A DNA stretch of 64,000 nucleotides, from positions 62,560,001-62,624,000 of the forward strand of contig NC_045707.1 in NCBI RefSeq assembly GCF_009834535.1. Reading direction: 5' to 3'. The notes beneath the pieces were generated by a model that saw nothing but the letters and a program-made list of their open reading frames with translations, did not search any database and had not been told where the DNA came from. Within the stretch, counting starts at the first letter, position 1. Every line of letters begins with the position of its first letter. This document shows positions 50,501 through 63,732 of the stretch, piece after piece. Both the position numbers and the translations under genes were made by a program. The stretch is from Camelus ferus (Eukaryota).

Positions 50501-52779
50501 AGAAATGAAGAGGGTCTGAACAGTGGCATCAATGAGAAGACTTTTGAGACATGTGAGAATTAGAGTATATAAGACAAAATGAGTAGGAGTGATAGAAGAG
50601 GGGTGTGTCTCTAAAGAACAATTCCACTTTCCTTTCTGACCCCGGTGAGAGTGAAGATGGGTACACATTTTCTAGATTAGAGGAAGGGAGTGGTGATTTT
50701 CCAGGAAGGACAGAAAAAGTAGTGGCTGATGGGTGGGCAACTGGGGAAGATAATCGTAAGCTCAGGTTTGATAATGATTCAGTGTTGATTTACATTTCCT
50801 CTCTTATCCATGATTTATCTCAGTTTTTTTGTTTGTTTCTCCAGTGAAGAAAAACAATGGTTCCGTTCTTCCAATAAGACATAATTAGTCTTAAAAAAAA
50901 AAAAAAGAAAGAAAAGAAATCCACAAAGTCTTCAATGTCTACGTTTTAGATCTTCAAATAAGGAGTCAGCTTCTTTACCATCTGTTTCACCTGCTTACCT
51001 GAATGGAATAGGTTGTTCCCTATTTCAGCTACGAAGTTGCAAACATTATTTTCATGGGGGACTCTGGAACTGATGTCAGGCCTTAGTGAGATTTTTACAG
51101 TATGACTCACCATCCAAATGGAAGTAAAGGTTTTGAGGGCTATTGAACAGTAAATGTTCCCCATGTATCACATTGCAAAACACAGACCTGTGTTAAAGAA
51201 TTTGATGTCAACTTGCTGTGAAAATGCAGTGTTCAATTGCCCAAAAAACATCAAGATCTACACCTGTAGTAAGATTTTCTAGTGCTTACACAATGAACTA
51301 CATAAAACAGGCAATGACAGACACTGATGAAATATTTTTAAGGATATATTTAACAGTGTATGTGAGGGACGTTCATTCATCTTTTTCCTACAGTCTTGAC
51401 TTCTTTGGCTTTATATTACATTCAGACATATGTAAGGGCAATTATGGAACATTTCAAGGTAAAAGAATGTTGTGGAAAAAATGCAGGGTCTTCCTTTACA
51501 AATATAACCAAGCATCCACAAATCACGTGCCCATTCTATACATAAAGAATAATAAGGAATGCTGTTAAATTTCCTACTTTAGTGCACAGGGCATATTAAA
51601 TTAAAGGGAGGAGATACGGAGTTCAATCTTTGCTCTGAACAGTTTTTTTTCGTTTGCCTCTCTGTCAATTCATGACCTCACTTTACAAAGCTTCGCCTTG
51701 TGTTTACAGAATCTTGGTCTGCAGTGCCTTCACTAATGCAGAATTCAACATCAACACAAATATGCCAGATGCTTAGAAAGATTTTTAGCACAATGATTAT
51801 CAGAAAAATGAGGTCATTCAATCAATGTTCAGCCAAACATGTGGAAGCAATTGCGAGCAGAGGGCATCACAGAAAAAGGATGTTACAGCAGAAGAAAGTC
51901 AACAGGATCAGAAAGGAAAGAATTAGCTTAAAATGTGGAACCAAGGATGGAATTTAAAGAATATTTGATTTGGGATAAAATAGTTATATTATTTCTTCAG
52001 TCTCTTTCTTGTTACATTGAAAACGTCTCTGTTAAGAAAGTCTGCATTATTTTGCTAAATCAGACTATTAAGATACCATTTGACTCCAGAAACATTTCGG
52101 TAATATCAAATCTTCAGTATCACAGCCTAGTGGGAGCTAAGTTCGTGTGTGTGTTTAGTCAGAATGTTTTAAAGTAACCTACCGTTATTATAACAGGTAA
52201 CCAACCATCTTAATTTACCTCATGATGTTATTAATTTAGACAGTGTCAAAAATACATGTGAATGGCTACATACACATTAGCTTTATTTTCATTATCAGAA
52301 AGAATTTAACGTAAATGTCAGAATGCTTATATTTGTTCCCCATGAAGTAACGAGGACAGTAAAGTAAAAACAAAAAAAATTAAATGTATTCAATTATGAA
52401 TGTCTTTTGTCTTTTAAGGTAGGTTTGAGAAATGTGGATTTTTCTCTAACACATATACTTTATTTTGAAGGACAACACAGACCTTTTTTATTGCATTGTA
52501 CAATAAACGGAACCAGGAATCACACATTATTGAAGAGGACTTGCTCAATTTTCAAGTTGTAGATAATGGTCTATAAAGGATTTCACGTCCTAGAGCAGAT
52601 GAATAGTAAAGCCTGTGAAGAGGCCAGTAAAGGCCTTTTAACGTATTAAAGAAACCTTTTTTGTTGAAAGAATAGACAAACACAAGAGAGCACAAGTTAG
52701 ATATGTACTGCCTGATCGGCACAAATGAGCACGACTGTGTAACCATGACTGAAGTAAGAAATGGAGCATTAGCAGTAGC

Positions 52780-53930
52780 TCCCTAAAATGCCTCCTTCCA
52801 ATGTCTGTCCTTCCGCTCTAACTTAATCACTTTTCTGGCTTCTAACACCATACATGATTAAATATTTAGGCCTTCTGTAAAAATGGAACTGTACTATCTT
52901 TTTTTTTTTTTTTTTTGGCCTCACAACTTTTGTACTGGCGTGTTTTTATTTGTGGAACAAGTCCAAGTTGCTGTATGTAGCAACAGTTTGATCATTTTTG
53001 TTGATGCATATTCATTCTTTAAATGACTATATAAAGATTCATTTACTTACTTTTTGATGGACATAGAATGTTATGGATTGCAGTATGCTCCTCCCCCAAG
53101 TCATGTACCGAAGCCGTAACCCTTCAGTGTGACTGCTTCTGAAGATAGGACCTGTAGGAGGTAATTAAGGTTAAATGAAGTCATTAAGGGCACCACCCTA
53201 ATCTGATAGGACTGTCACCTTGGAAGAAGAAGGGGAAGCGATCTCTGTCTCTGTCTGTTTCTCGCTCTCTCTGCCAAGTGAGGACATGGCAAGAAGGGAG
53301 CCATCTGCAAGCCAGGCAGAGATCTCTCACCAGAAATGAAACCCTGCCACAAATCTTAATCCTGGACTGTCTAGGTTCCAGGAGTCTGAGAAAATAAATT
53401 TCTGTTGTTTAAGCCACCCAGTTCCTGTTATTTCATTATGGCAACCTGAGCAGACAAAATTAGACACATAGGTTGTTTCTAATTCGGAGCTATTCATAAC
53501 AAAACAGTAATTTCAGGAGCATCTTTGTATGTTCTTGTGCTTTGGAGCACATAGGCATATATTTCTGTTGTGTATATTTCAGAGGGTATATGTATGCTCA
53601 AATTTAATAAATAATAAGGGTTCCAGAAAGGTTATAATTTTAAACTCCCACCATCAGTATATGACTGTTAACAGCTCCAGTTGATCTGTATTCTAATTAC
53701 AACTTGTTCCTGGCAATCTCTTTAGTTGTATCTATTCTGGTGTGTTTGTCCTGGTGTCACCAGGGACTTACGAGGTGGAACACTTCTTTTTTATGATTAT
53801 TGACTATTTGGATATGACTTTACATGGGGAATCTATTCAGCCTTTCAACATTTTTTTTCCTACTGGATTGTATTTTTCTAAATAATTTGTAATAGTTTTT
53901 AATATTCTTTTTATTTCTTGATAAATGATC
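52780..53930 (-). mobile_element. Old LINE-1 (L1M) fragment interrupted by an MLT1 LTR
   Basis: TTGATGGACATAG|GTTGTTTC is continuous across the insert; ACTCCCACCATCAGTATATGA; TATTTGGATAT. Confidence 0.65.
53069..53466 (+). mobile_element. MaLR solo LTR (MLT1A-like)
   Basis: TGTTATGGATTG...GGAGGTAATTAAGGTTAAATGA...GCCATCTGCAAGCCAGG...GAGAAAATAAATTTCTGTTGTTTAAGCCACCCAGT...AGACA; CATAG flanks both sides. Confidence 0.9.
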
Positions 53931-56900
53931 TTTTCCTACAAGCCTTCTGATATAACTTCATATTTTAAAGTAATGACTCTTTAAAGTCCGTACTAGGAGC
54001 TCCCGGTATTTCTCTTTCTGTACAGTGATGGCACCAAGAAATAATTTGTGTGTTCATCTGAGAAACTGCAAAAGCCAGTGGTACCTTATAGTGGAGAAGA
54101 TTTTCTTTATTTAGCAAAACATCTGATGTCAGGAATAGAGCTCTACACCTACACACACATAGAACACTCGTGATGCTTGGCTACACACCTGATATTTTAT
54201 CAAAGGAGCCACTCTCTTCCAGGACTCTTTTATTTCCACTTCTATAGTCACTGCCAGATACTTATTCTACAATGTTTAGTGGAAGTCTTTTTTACTGGCA
54301 TGACAGGTATCAATTTTTTGAGAGTGATTAAAGGTCTTAAATGAGTTCTCTTCTCTCTATATTTTATAATGAAATGGGACTAGGATACAACACTTGCCCT
54401 AGTAAAGGTTATTAACTCATCAGAAGTGAAGTCTGGAACCCTAAGTCCTAACTTGGAGCTTTGGGAAGTGCTTTTGCTTTTACATTTTTTTTTTTTTTTT
54501 TTTTTGAAAAAGAGGAAACTCCACCCTCAGGAAGAATAGACAGAAAGGAGTCTATTCAGTGCCAAGCTTACCTGGGTTTTAGCTATGTGATCCAATCAAA
54601 GTCTAGCCATAATCATTATGGATGTTCCTGAAAATAGGACCTAGTTTTGCTGAGCTCTCACTTTGAAAGATAAGATTATGGGTAGAAAACTCTGCAAAAT
54701 TTTCAAAATTATATGAATTATTCCTGTAGGCTGGAGTTGAGAGTGACAAAGATTTTCCTGTTCTCAGCCTGAAGGCTAAAATTTACAAAAATTTTAAACA
54801 CTGCAGAATTCTTTTGAAGGCACTTCTTTCTGATGAACTTACAATCAACATGAAATTATTAATTATTTTCCTCCTAAAATAGCGACATGCTTTGTGAGGA
54901 TGACAGTTGGATTAAGGAGAAAGAAAACTATTTCAGTCTCCCTCAGATCAACGAATCTTAGAGAATGCTGGTATTTCTTGACCTAAGATAAGCCAATTTC
55001 TGACAGTAGGTGCTATGAAAGTTCTAATTTTGTCTACTAAAACTTACCTTTGAGAATTAGTGTTCAGCACTAATTACAAACAAAACAGAAAGCTGAAGTG
55101 ACTGACTTTCAATGATTATTATTTATAATGCCAAATCAAAGATACCACTGTAATTTAGCTGCAAATTTATCCAAAATATGAAAATTTCTTCACTTAAATT
55201 CATTTTTAACTAAAGTCAACCTTTCTGTTGTGTTCCAGCAAAATTTATATTGATTTTTCATGAATTATCTAATAAGTTATTCATGAAAAATGACAGAGAT
55301 TTCATAAGATTACTTTATATTAGAAGAAATTAATTTATTTATACAGCAAAATAAATTGCATAATAGTAGGCATTTATGTTTACATGTAAACATAGAGGGG
55401 AAATTTCCATGATGTGGATTATATTATACTCTTAATCACTAAGAGAAGAAAACAAATGAACCTAATAAAAGAGTATTTAAGACTTGTAGAGTGAAGGGAC
55501 AAATAGTTTATTTTTACATTAAAAATTTAAACAACAGATAACATTTTAGAGGCATATTATTATACAAGGATTTTAGGACTCTATAAGATCATCTTATAAA
55601 AGATACTGCCTTATAGTAGGGCCGCTGGTATTTTACTAATGGAAAAATAATGTGTGAGATTTAGAAGGACTGTAATCTTGATTTATAATAATATTAAAAA
55701 TAGTATCACTTAGTATGGAGTTAGAATATTACTGTTTTTTTAAATGAGAAACGTTATAAGAAAAATTTTTTTCTTATATATATGTATAAGCAAAAGAAGT
55801 CTGTAACTTAGACATTTTTAACATAACAATAAACGTATAAACCCTCTATCCTTTCTTTTCACTATTCTGAACACACTCACGTCCCACTAACTCCCAAGAA
55901 AAATCTGACATTGCTACTGGGATTTTAAAATATTTTAGGCACAAGATCAAAGCTATGATTTCAGCGTTCAGTCCTGCCAAGAGTTTGCCGATTCCCTGTT
56001 CCCTTCTTCAGAATGGATGGCAGTTATGAAAAGTATACCCACAGGATGCGATAATCATCCAAAACATTGATTGTTTCCGACCCCACTGTCTTCCGAGGGT
56101 GGCTACCACCACTACATGGAAGTAGAAAGATGACTAAAGGAGGGAACAGGGTAGGGAAAGCTATTTTGAAACTGTCTTGATGAAGCAGCATCGCCATGCA
56201 AGACAGTGCACCCTATCATAGTAACAAAAATGTTTCTAGAACTTGGAAGAACCTACCTTGAAGGTTCCATTTCGAGTCCATTGCAAAGAATTACATGACA
56301 CATTTTTATTCGGGATAAAGAAATGTACAACCAATTGGAGGAACAAAAATAATTCCTGGGAGAAAATAAAGGAACAATTTTAGGGTCAGTTTTCTAAATT
56401 TGATGTGCATATTCAACGTTTTGGACTAAGTCAAAAGAAAAGGTAATACATTAAATATATATTTAATCTGCTAAATCATGGCTGTTCATATATATATATT
56501 TTAAAATGTGCATGTATTAAGTATATGTATATATCTCATATTTACACAATGGGCGTTTTGATGATAAAACTGTAGCTCAAGAAAGAAGACTCTTTGATTG
56601 AAGTTTGTCATGTATTTGAAAAAGATTGCTCAGAAAGACCGACATCTTTGCCTCCGATCTGTCAAAGGGGCAATTCCAGTGAATATCAAGAGGAAGTCTC
56701 CGCCTGTCAGGACGAAACTGGAGGGAGAGCTAATCATTTCCGGAAGTCTCAAAATAGCGTTGATTTAAAAAAAAAAAAATAGAAAAATGAATCTCAAACA
56801 AAATGTGTCCAACAGAGAATTTCACACCTATAATGAAAAAGTTTTGTTTCGGTAGCAGCAGCATTTGTCCTTTTTTAAAATTAAAATTGATTATCTTTTT

Positions 56901-57414
56901 TTTTTAAGTGAATGAAGGTTTCGGATATTTTCCTGCATTGATTCCTTGGTGAAAGTACTTAGTTCTACTAGATCTGCTTGAGTCTTTCATGTTGCTATTG
57001 ATCAATAAATACATTGGGATGAAATCAGTCATCTAAACTTCTTTAGACAAGTATTTATCTACCAAATTACACAGGACAAGTAACCTTTAAATGATTTAGC
57101 ACATTGCAGTTCATCATATTCACTAATATTGATCGGTCTCCTGGTAATATCAATTAAGCCTTTCCTTATTTCCTTTTTAAAACTTATCGCTTACTGAGGA
57201 TTTGAACTGGTCAAAATAATTTGCATGTTTTTCCTAAAAAAGTATTCTATGACTTCTGCTCGATTACATAACACTTTACTTCTAATGAGAAAGTAGAATA
57301 AGAATATGAAGTTAGTTTTTTGAACATTTTTTAACAAAAAGAATACTGAAGGTATAATAGTTAAACCTTTTCTATTTTCATAAGTAGCACTGGGGAGAAA
57401 GACATTGTCTGAAC

Positions 57415-57630
57415 AATAATAATGGTAGCTAACATTTAACTACTGGTTATGGAACCATAGGCATTGTATTAATCTCTTTATTTCTGTAAGTTAACTCAAC
57501 TGCAGACAAACAAAAATACAGAAATAAACATGAAGGATTGCTATGACTATATCCTCTTTACAAATGAGAAATTTGAACCTGAGAGAATTTAAGAAATGGG
57601 CTGATGATCACATATCCGCTCTGGCAGAAG
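57415..57630 (-). mobile_element. MIR SINE
   Basis: AATAATAATGGTAGCTAACATTT...TTTACAAATGAGAAATTTGAACCTGAGAGA. Confidence 0.55.
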
Positions 57631-57639
57631 TAGCAGTTC

Positions 57640-58818
57640 TGGCTAGTTCTGACTCAGTTCTGTTTAAGGACAGAAGCAGACAGAGAGCAAGAATCCACAG
57701 TTGAAACTGAGGGGCTAAATTCTGAGCTGACTATTCAGTAAAACCAACAAAAGAGAGGGATGGATAAGAGATGTGTAAAAAATTAAAGAGAGAGTCTCAT
57801 TGTTGAAATGAGTGGTGGACATATTTCCTCTTTCACCAAAAAAAAAAAAAAAAAAAAAAGAGTAAGTGATGTCTCCTTAAGCCTAAAGTTATGAATGTTT
57901 CAAAGCAAGCAACCTCAAAAGTCTGATTTATGTCCCCTGAGCCTGAGGAACAACACAGACTGAAATCACACACACACACACACACAAACACACAGAGAGA
58001 GAGAGAGAGAGAGAGACATAAGAAATCTAAATGGCGAAAGGCTCTCTGAGGTGCTGATGACCATTCAATGAAAAGTTGACATTTAGGAAATAACTACATC
58101 CCCACTAGTAACATGCCAAGAGGACAGATGTTTCACATGAATCAGACGTAAGACACATGAAAGAGAAAGAGAGAACTAGTCTGGAGACACCTAAATGGAA
58201 TTGTCCCAAGAAGACCTCCTGGAAATAGAATAGATCCTTGGCCAAGAGTGTTGAAAATGAACTCTCAAGAACAGGGACTGAAGGGTGAGATATAAAAATT
58301 CAGCCAAAAAAATCGTCCCCCGTATCACAGAATTGCAGATGACACAGCCCCACCTGTAGAGAATTACTTCGTCTCGAAAATCTTACACATAGGAATTAAT
58401 CTGCTTGAAACTCCTTCCAAGCTCAGAGAAGGGACATAATGCTAAGAAACGCCAGTCCAGTTAGATATCTCTAGCCATTTATCCTCTGTACTCTCCTTCT
58501 TTCAAACTTGATAGGACCAGACAATAGTTAGTAACAAAAGAGGACAGAAACAGGTCAGGGACAAAGAGGAGAAGCCAGTCACACAGCCCCTTTCCACCCC
58601 AGGATCCCCATCAACTCATGCCACAGTTTAAAAAGGAAAAGTTTTAAATGAAGCTTAGACTTTGATTATTATATGTAACTAGATACTTATTTTTTTTGAA
58701 TGAGACTGCTAATGTTGCTTGAAGTGACTAGATGAGACTTCATTTTCTGAGTGTCTAGGAAATTCAAAAGTTGTGCTCAAAATGCATCTAAATAATGAGA
58801 GAGAACTAGCCTCACAAT
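57640..58818 (+). mobile_element. Probable ancient long LTR (LTR78-like, uncertain)
   Basis: Compositionally distinct block whose 3' part (GACTTTGATTA...AAGTGACTAGA...CTGAGTGTCTAGGAAA) resembles ancient mammalian LTRs. Confidence 0.35.
57967..58016. repeat. Compound (CA)n(GA)n microsatellite
   Basis: CA run with one interruption followed directly by a GA run. Confidence 0.95.
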
Positions 58819-58866
58819 GGCTTGAGCTTGGACAAGCAATATGAGGAAAGGAGAATAAAGGGTTTT

Positions 58867-58905
58867 TGCTGCTGCTGCTGCTGTTGTTGTTGTTGTTGTT
58901 GTTGT
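58867..58905. repeat. Compound trinucleotide repeat (TGC)5(TGT)8
   Basis: Read directly; gives the 13-Cys run in ORF 58822-59046. Confidence 0.95.
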
Positions 58906-59024
58906 AAACTACAACCCTACTTGACCCATCCCAGCATTATATGCCTGGATCAGCCATTCTCTTTGTCAATCTTGGTGTATAGGTATGTATCATATATACA
59001 TATCAATCATGCAAAGTACGAAGT

Positions 59025-59420
59025 AACTTCCTACTCTTGCAGGTAGTATGCTAGGCCCTGGGAGCATAAGAATGAAACAGAATGAATAAACCAGGCATAC
59101 GTGAAATTTAAAGATGTCACTATGACCTTGTTACATCTTGTCTGTAATATGGAGATTTGACCCGTTCTTGTCGGTTCTTGAAGGCCTCCCTGAGAAAGTG
59201 ACACATAAACTGAGAGCTGAGGTTAAGGAAGTAAAAGATGAGAATTTAGAGTAGAATGGGAAGCATCTGTAAAATTGATGCTGTGGTAGGAAACACTGAG
59301 AACACAAGGAACTAGGGAAAGATTATAGTTGGCAGGAGAAGTAGAAGAGACTTGGAATCTGAAGCCTCCCAGGAACTGGGTTGAAACTAAACCCTCCAGG
59401 TCCTTTTATACTTAGTGCAG
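59025..59420 (-). mobile_element. L2 fragment
   Basis: CCTACTCTTGCAGGTAGTATGCTAGGCCCTGGG...GAAGGCCTCCCTGAGAAAGTGACA...CTGAGAGCTGA. Confidence 0.6.
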
Positions 59421-62241
59421 AAGCTTCCTCCTAAGAAATGGGGACTTGGAAACCACTGAGATACACGTATCAAACAGCTTAACATAAACTATACCATGTT
59501 GATCTATTTCCTATCTCACGTGTGTAATGACTGGTAGGTATAGGGACCTAAAAATGAAGTCCATATTTTTTCCTTTGCCAGAGTGTCTTTTTTTCTTTGC
59601 ATATTAAATAGACTAAAGAGATGACTTCAAACTGCACCGTGTTTAAAGGCCTTTCTAGTCCCTTGACCTTTTCTGCAAACAGGGCTCTGGACAATGGCAA
59701 ATAGAAATGCAATTACCGTTTCTGTTGTGAAAATATTATATATAATATTATATACATTTTTTGTTATCACCTAACTTCCATCTACCCATTAGTGGTATAC
59801 AAAATTAATTAATACTTGAACTGACAGTTGTGCAAAGAGCAAGAAAGGGAAAATGTGGTTATTTTTCTTTCTTTTTTCTTTTTGGTAAACATTTTTAAAA
59901 TGACAAGCTAGAATTTATTAAACTTTTGAAAGGGGAAAGGGAAAGATGTTATTTGTAGAACATCAGAGGTTTGTCAGATGAAGTGAGAGCTATTTGAAGA
60001 GTAGAAGGAAAGATGTTGGTTGTTTGGGGAAATGTTTACAGAGAAGATGCTTAAACCTCTTAGAGCTTAGGGATAAGTGCATCAAATACATTAATAATTT
60101 GGGGGTTGATAAAAATAGAATATTACTACTATGCGACTTAAGATAATAGATTAGATACATTAACTGTACCTGGGAAAGAGCAAAGTCTATTGTCCCCTGA
60201 TGTGATCTTAAACCTACCAATTTTCGTTTAATCTATATAATCAGGCTTTTAAATTTTCACCACTTATTTAAGGCATATCTAATCTGTACAAGTTTAGGGC
60301 ATGTTAAATCATTGAGATTCCCATTTCTCACTGCTTAGAGAAAAAAAAAACTTGTAGAAAGAAGATTCCTAGTTTACTGTTAGAAATAAATCAACAAACT
60401 CAATTAAATTCTCAGGACATGCAAGGCACAATCAATCCACCAGTAATGATATAACACCATTTCATGAGTGTGATTCATTTCTTATAATAATAAAAATCCC
60501 AGTGAACACAGATATGGTGTATGGCCAAGTTGGTTAGAGAACTATTTTTTAAATATCTAGTAAATTAAGGTAAGACAGCATTTCAAATTCTCCAACACGT
60601 ATTGTTGCCGAGCAACTGATTGGATCGTGATGACTGAGAATCTACTTCTCTGAATAAGCCCCCTGCTATTTAGTGACACCAGACCCCTGAGATTCACAAG
60701 GATGTAACGAGTCTTGTTGCCTCCGTAGTACTACTACCCACCAAAGAAACTGCATCTCATATACAGTCACACTGTTTAATTTACATATAGTAAAATCAGC
60801 ATGCAGTGCACGTATACATATGTTAAATATTCAAATGTTCCATATTAATCTCTGACAGTGCATAATATGATAACGTTTCCAATAGCTTTTTATTAAATTA
60901 AATGGAATATTTCATTATTAATCATCACATAGTTGGTTGGATTCAAATAAATGATCCAATATATAGCTTAGGGGAAATGAGCATGTAAAGACAGAATTTG
61001 TAAGGATGTTTGCCTATTCTTGCCCACTTAGAATAACGTAATTTTGATTATAAGTGCCAAAGGATTCATCTGACTGAGATTCTTGAATGAGGACATTAAA
61101 ATCTTAGGCTTAATGAAAATGACAAAAGAATTTATCAAATCTGAAATAAGAGCATTTTGAAATATTCAAAAACATTAGTCATTGAAATTCTGATATCCAC
61201 ATCCAGTTCATCCTTGTTGGCAATTTGACGGTGACCATTATTCAACATGACTAAGGAAACAGTCTTAGGGACTAATGCTCTTTGTTTTTCCAACTCTTTT
61301 AATACGTGTGGTCAGTTGGCATCACTTCCCATTTCCATTATACTGGGATGTCACATTCCTGCTTATAGGGCCCTTGGTATGGCTAAGTTTGTTTATATAC
61401 TGAATTTTAAATCAGTTTATATATTGAAATTTATTTCCTACACAGAAATTCTGTAAAATGCTGATGGCTTGGTTTATTTGTTAACCAAAGTAGCTGTCTA
61501 ATCCTGGAGTTGTTTGTATTGTTTACTTGAATGCATTGAGTATGAGTTTTCTCTGCTTTTTTTAAATTTTATTTTCAAACAGCTTTGGTAGTATTTTCTT
61601 CATGCTCTGGGTCAGAATCAAAAATATGTTGAATAACAAGAGGCTTCTCTGTGTAGTGGAGGTTGCTGATTGTGCACAAAAACCATTCTTCTCTCCTTTA
61701 ATAAACAGACATCCTTGAGGATTAGTTCAGAACATAACCACCTCTCTGGAGTCTGTAAAATTTTACCTAATGGGAAGTAAGAAGAGGCAATTCATGACAC
61801 GTTCAGATTGTGCCAAACAGTGGAATGCATCGTTCACACCTCTGCCCTTTTCTCCTTCTGAGTTCACTGTACAGGCCTCCATTAAAGCTAATTTGTATCT
61901 TTTTTTTTTTTTCCTACTTTATTATACCAATTGATTGTTTTGCTCCTATATCCATGCTTCCTCCTCCACATTTTGTTTTTCCTCCAACAGGTCCTGCAGA
62001 CAAAATTTTGGAGAGTATTTCTACTGTGATTCCGATCAACACATCTCATTCATGAATCATAGAACTGATCTAATCTGAATTTGCTCATTCTTCAGTTATG
62101 GAATTGGTCTAATTTGAATTTTCTACCAGTCTGAGACTTAAACCAACTCTATCCTTCTGACTTAGACTGAGACATACCAAGATGCCTCAACAAGGATATT
62201 AAAACATTATTATGTTCTGTTACACAAATTCCAGTTATAGT

Positions 62242-62642
62242 TGTATTAGTTTGCTAGGGCTGCCATAACTGAACAACACAGACTGGATGGCTTAAACAAC
62301 AGAAACTTATTTAATCACAATTCAAGAGGCTACAAGTCCAAGATTAAGGTGTCCGTAAGTCGAGTTTCTCCTGAGGCCTTTCTCCTTGGCTTGTAGATGG
62401 CCACCTGTCTGCTGTGCTCTCACATGGCCTTTCCTGTGTGTATAAGCATTTCTGATGTCTCTCAGCATGCCCAGATTTCTCCGTATTACAAGTACATCGT
62501 TCAGATTGGACTAAGGCCTACTGTACTGCCTTATTCTAACAAGATTATCTCTTTAAAGGCTCTATATCTAAATGCAGTCTGAGGTACTGGGGATTATGGC
62601 TCCAACATATGAATTTGGGGGGACTCAATTCAACCCAGAGCA
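62242..62642 (-). mobile_element. MaLR solo LTR (MLT1A/B-like), near full length
   Basis: TGTATTAGTTTGCTAGGGCTGCCATAAC...GGCTTAAACAACAGAAA...TGGCTTGTAGATGGCC...CTGAGGTACTGGGG...CAACATATGAATTTGGGGG; flanks ATAGT and ATAAT (imperfect TSD). Confidence 0.9.
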
Positions 62643-63049
62643 ATAATCAGTGAGAGTCATTGCAGGAAGATAAATCATCTTGGACAAATTTAAACAAAGG
62701 TGAATTTAATAGAAAATAGCAATGAGTGTGAAGTGTTGATTAAAAACAAAGCAACCTAGAGAGCTAGCTTTGAAAGTAATCAGACCCGAAGGATCTCTGA
62801 AGAGTTAGAAAATAGATAAGAACTTTAATAAATAATATTCTAGTTAAGTATCATTACTGGTATTAATGAATGTAAATAATTTCTTTCATTTTTGTATCTA
62901 TAATCAAAAAGAAAGTATATTTATTTGTGTAAGTTTAGGTCACATTCTTATCACCTGGCAGTGCTGGGATGCTAAGAGTGAAAATCAAATATAAAAAAAA
63001 AAGCCTTCAGGTATGCATTCAGATTTCAAAGATGATAGAGCAAAGATCG

Positions 63050-63732
63050 GGGATATTTATTTGGTTCAGCAAATGACCTAAGTTTCGAGGAAAATGAATT
63101 ATCAGTGATTTATTTAAGCACAAGAGAGATTATTGAAGTATAAGGCATTGCTGGTATCTTCAGAAAATTGGGAGGGTTAGGGTAGCAGTTTCAGGTGCCA
63201 TGCAGCCAGAATTATAGCCAAAACTGACTTCGGAATTAGTCCAGTGACTACACTGCGACTGCCACTGATGACCCTGGACACACCATCTTGCACCACTGAT
63301 GGTATAACAAGACTTGCGTGGTCAGTCTCATCATGGCCATGGCTGCTTTTGGAACAGGATGCCCCCTACACAGCTGCCTCTGTGTGCCATCTGAATGTAC
63401 TTTTCCTGGTTTCTGGTTCATGGTGTCACCAGGTCATGAGTCAAAATTCAGGGGCAGTGTTCTGACTGGCTGAATGTCCTCCTGCCTAAAGTGAGTTTCT
63501 GGCATGTTTATATTTTAAAGAGGGAGGCAAGGTGCGTAGGCACTGTGTTCCCCATGACCAAGAAAGTCGAGAAATTTCCCAACTGTAAGAGGGAAATTAC
63601 ATGAGGGACAGTCAAAAAATTAAAAGTAATCACGGTGTTATTCTAGCAATAAAAAAGAGGTAATTCCGAAAAAGGAAACTGAGATTTCCTTAGGAGGGAT
63701 GAATAAATACTGACAGATAAAAAGTGTCTACA
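63050..63732 (-). mobile_element. Very old MaLR-like LTR (MLT1M/N/O-like)
   Basis: TTATTTAAGCACAAG...GCCACTG...TCTGACTGGCTGAA...AAAGTGAGTTTCTGGC...AAGTGTCTACA. Confidence 0.45.

Noticed and set aside
4330..55035. Several minus-strand donor-like CTTACC motifs (near 4336, 25158, 35101, 46882, 50994, 55023)
   Set aside because: Could not pair them with convincing acceptors and coding frames; such matches are expected by chance
55755..55778. TATAAGAAAAA/TTTTTCTTATA palindrome
   Set aside because: Low-complexity A/T stem, likely chance
58822..59046. Poly-cysteine ORF
   Set aside because: The Cys run is a triplet microsatellite; not a metallothionein- or KAP-like pattern
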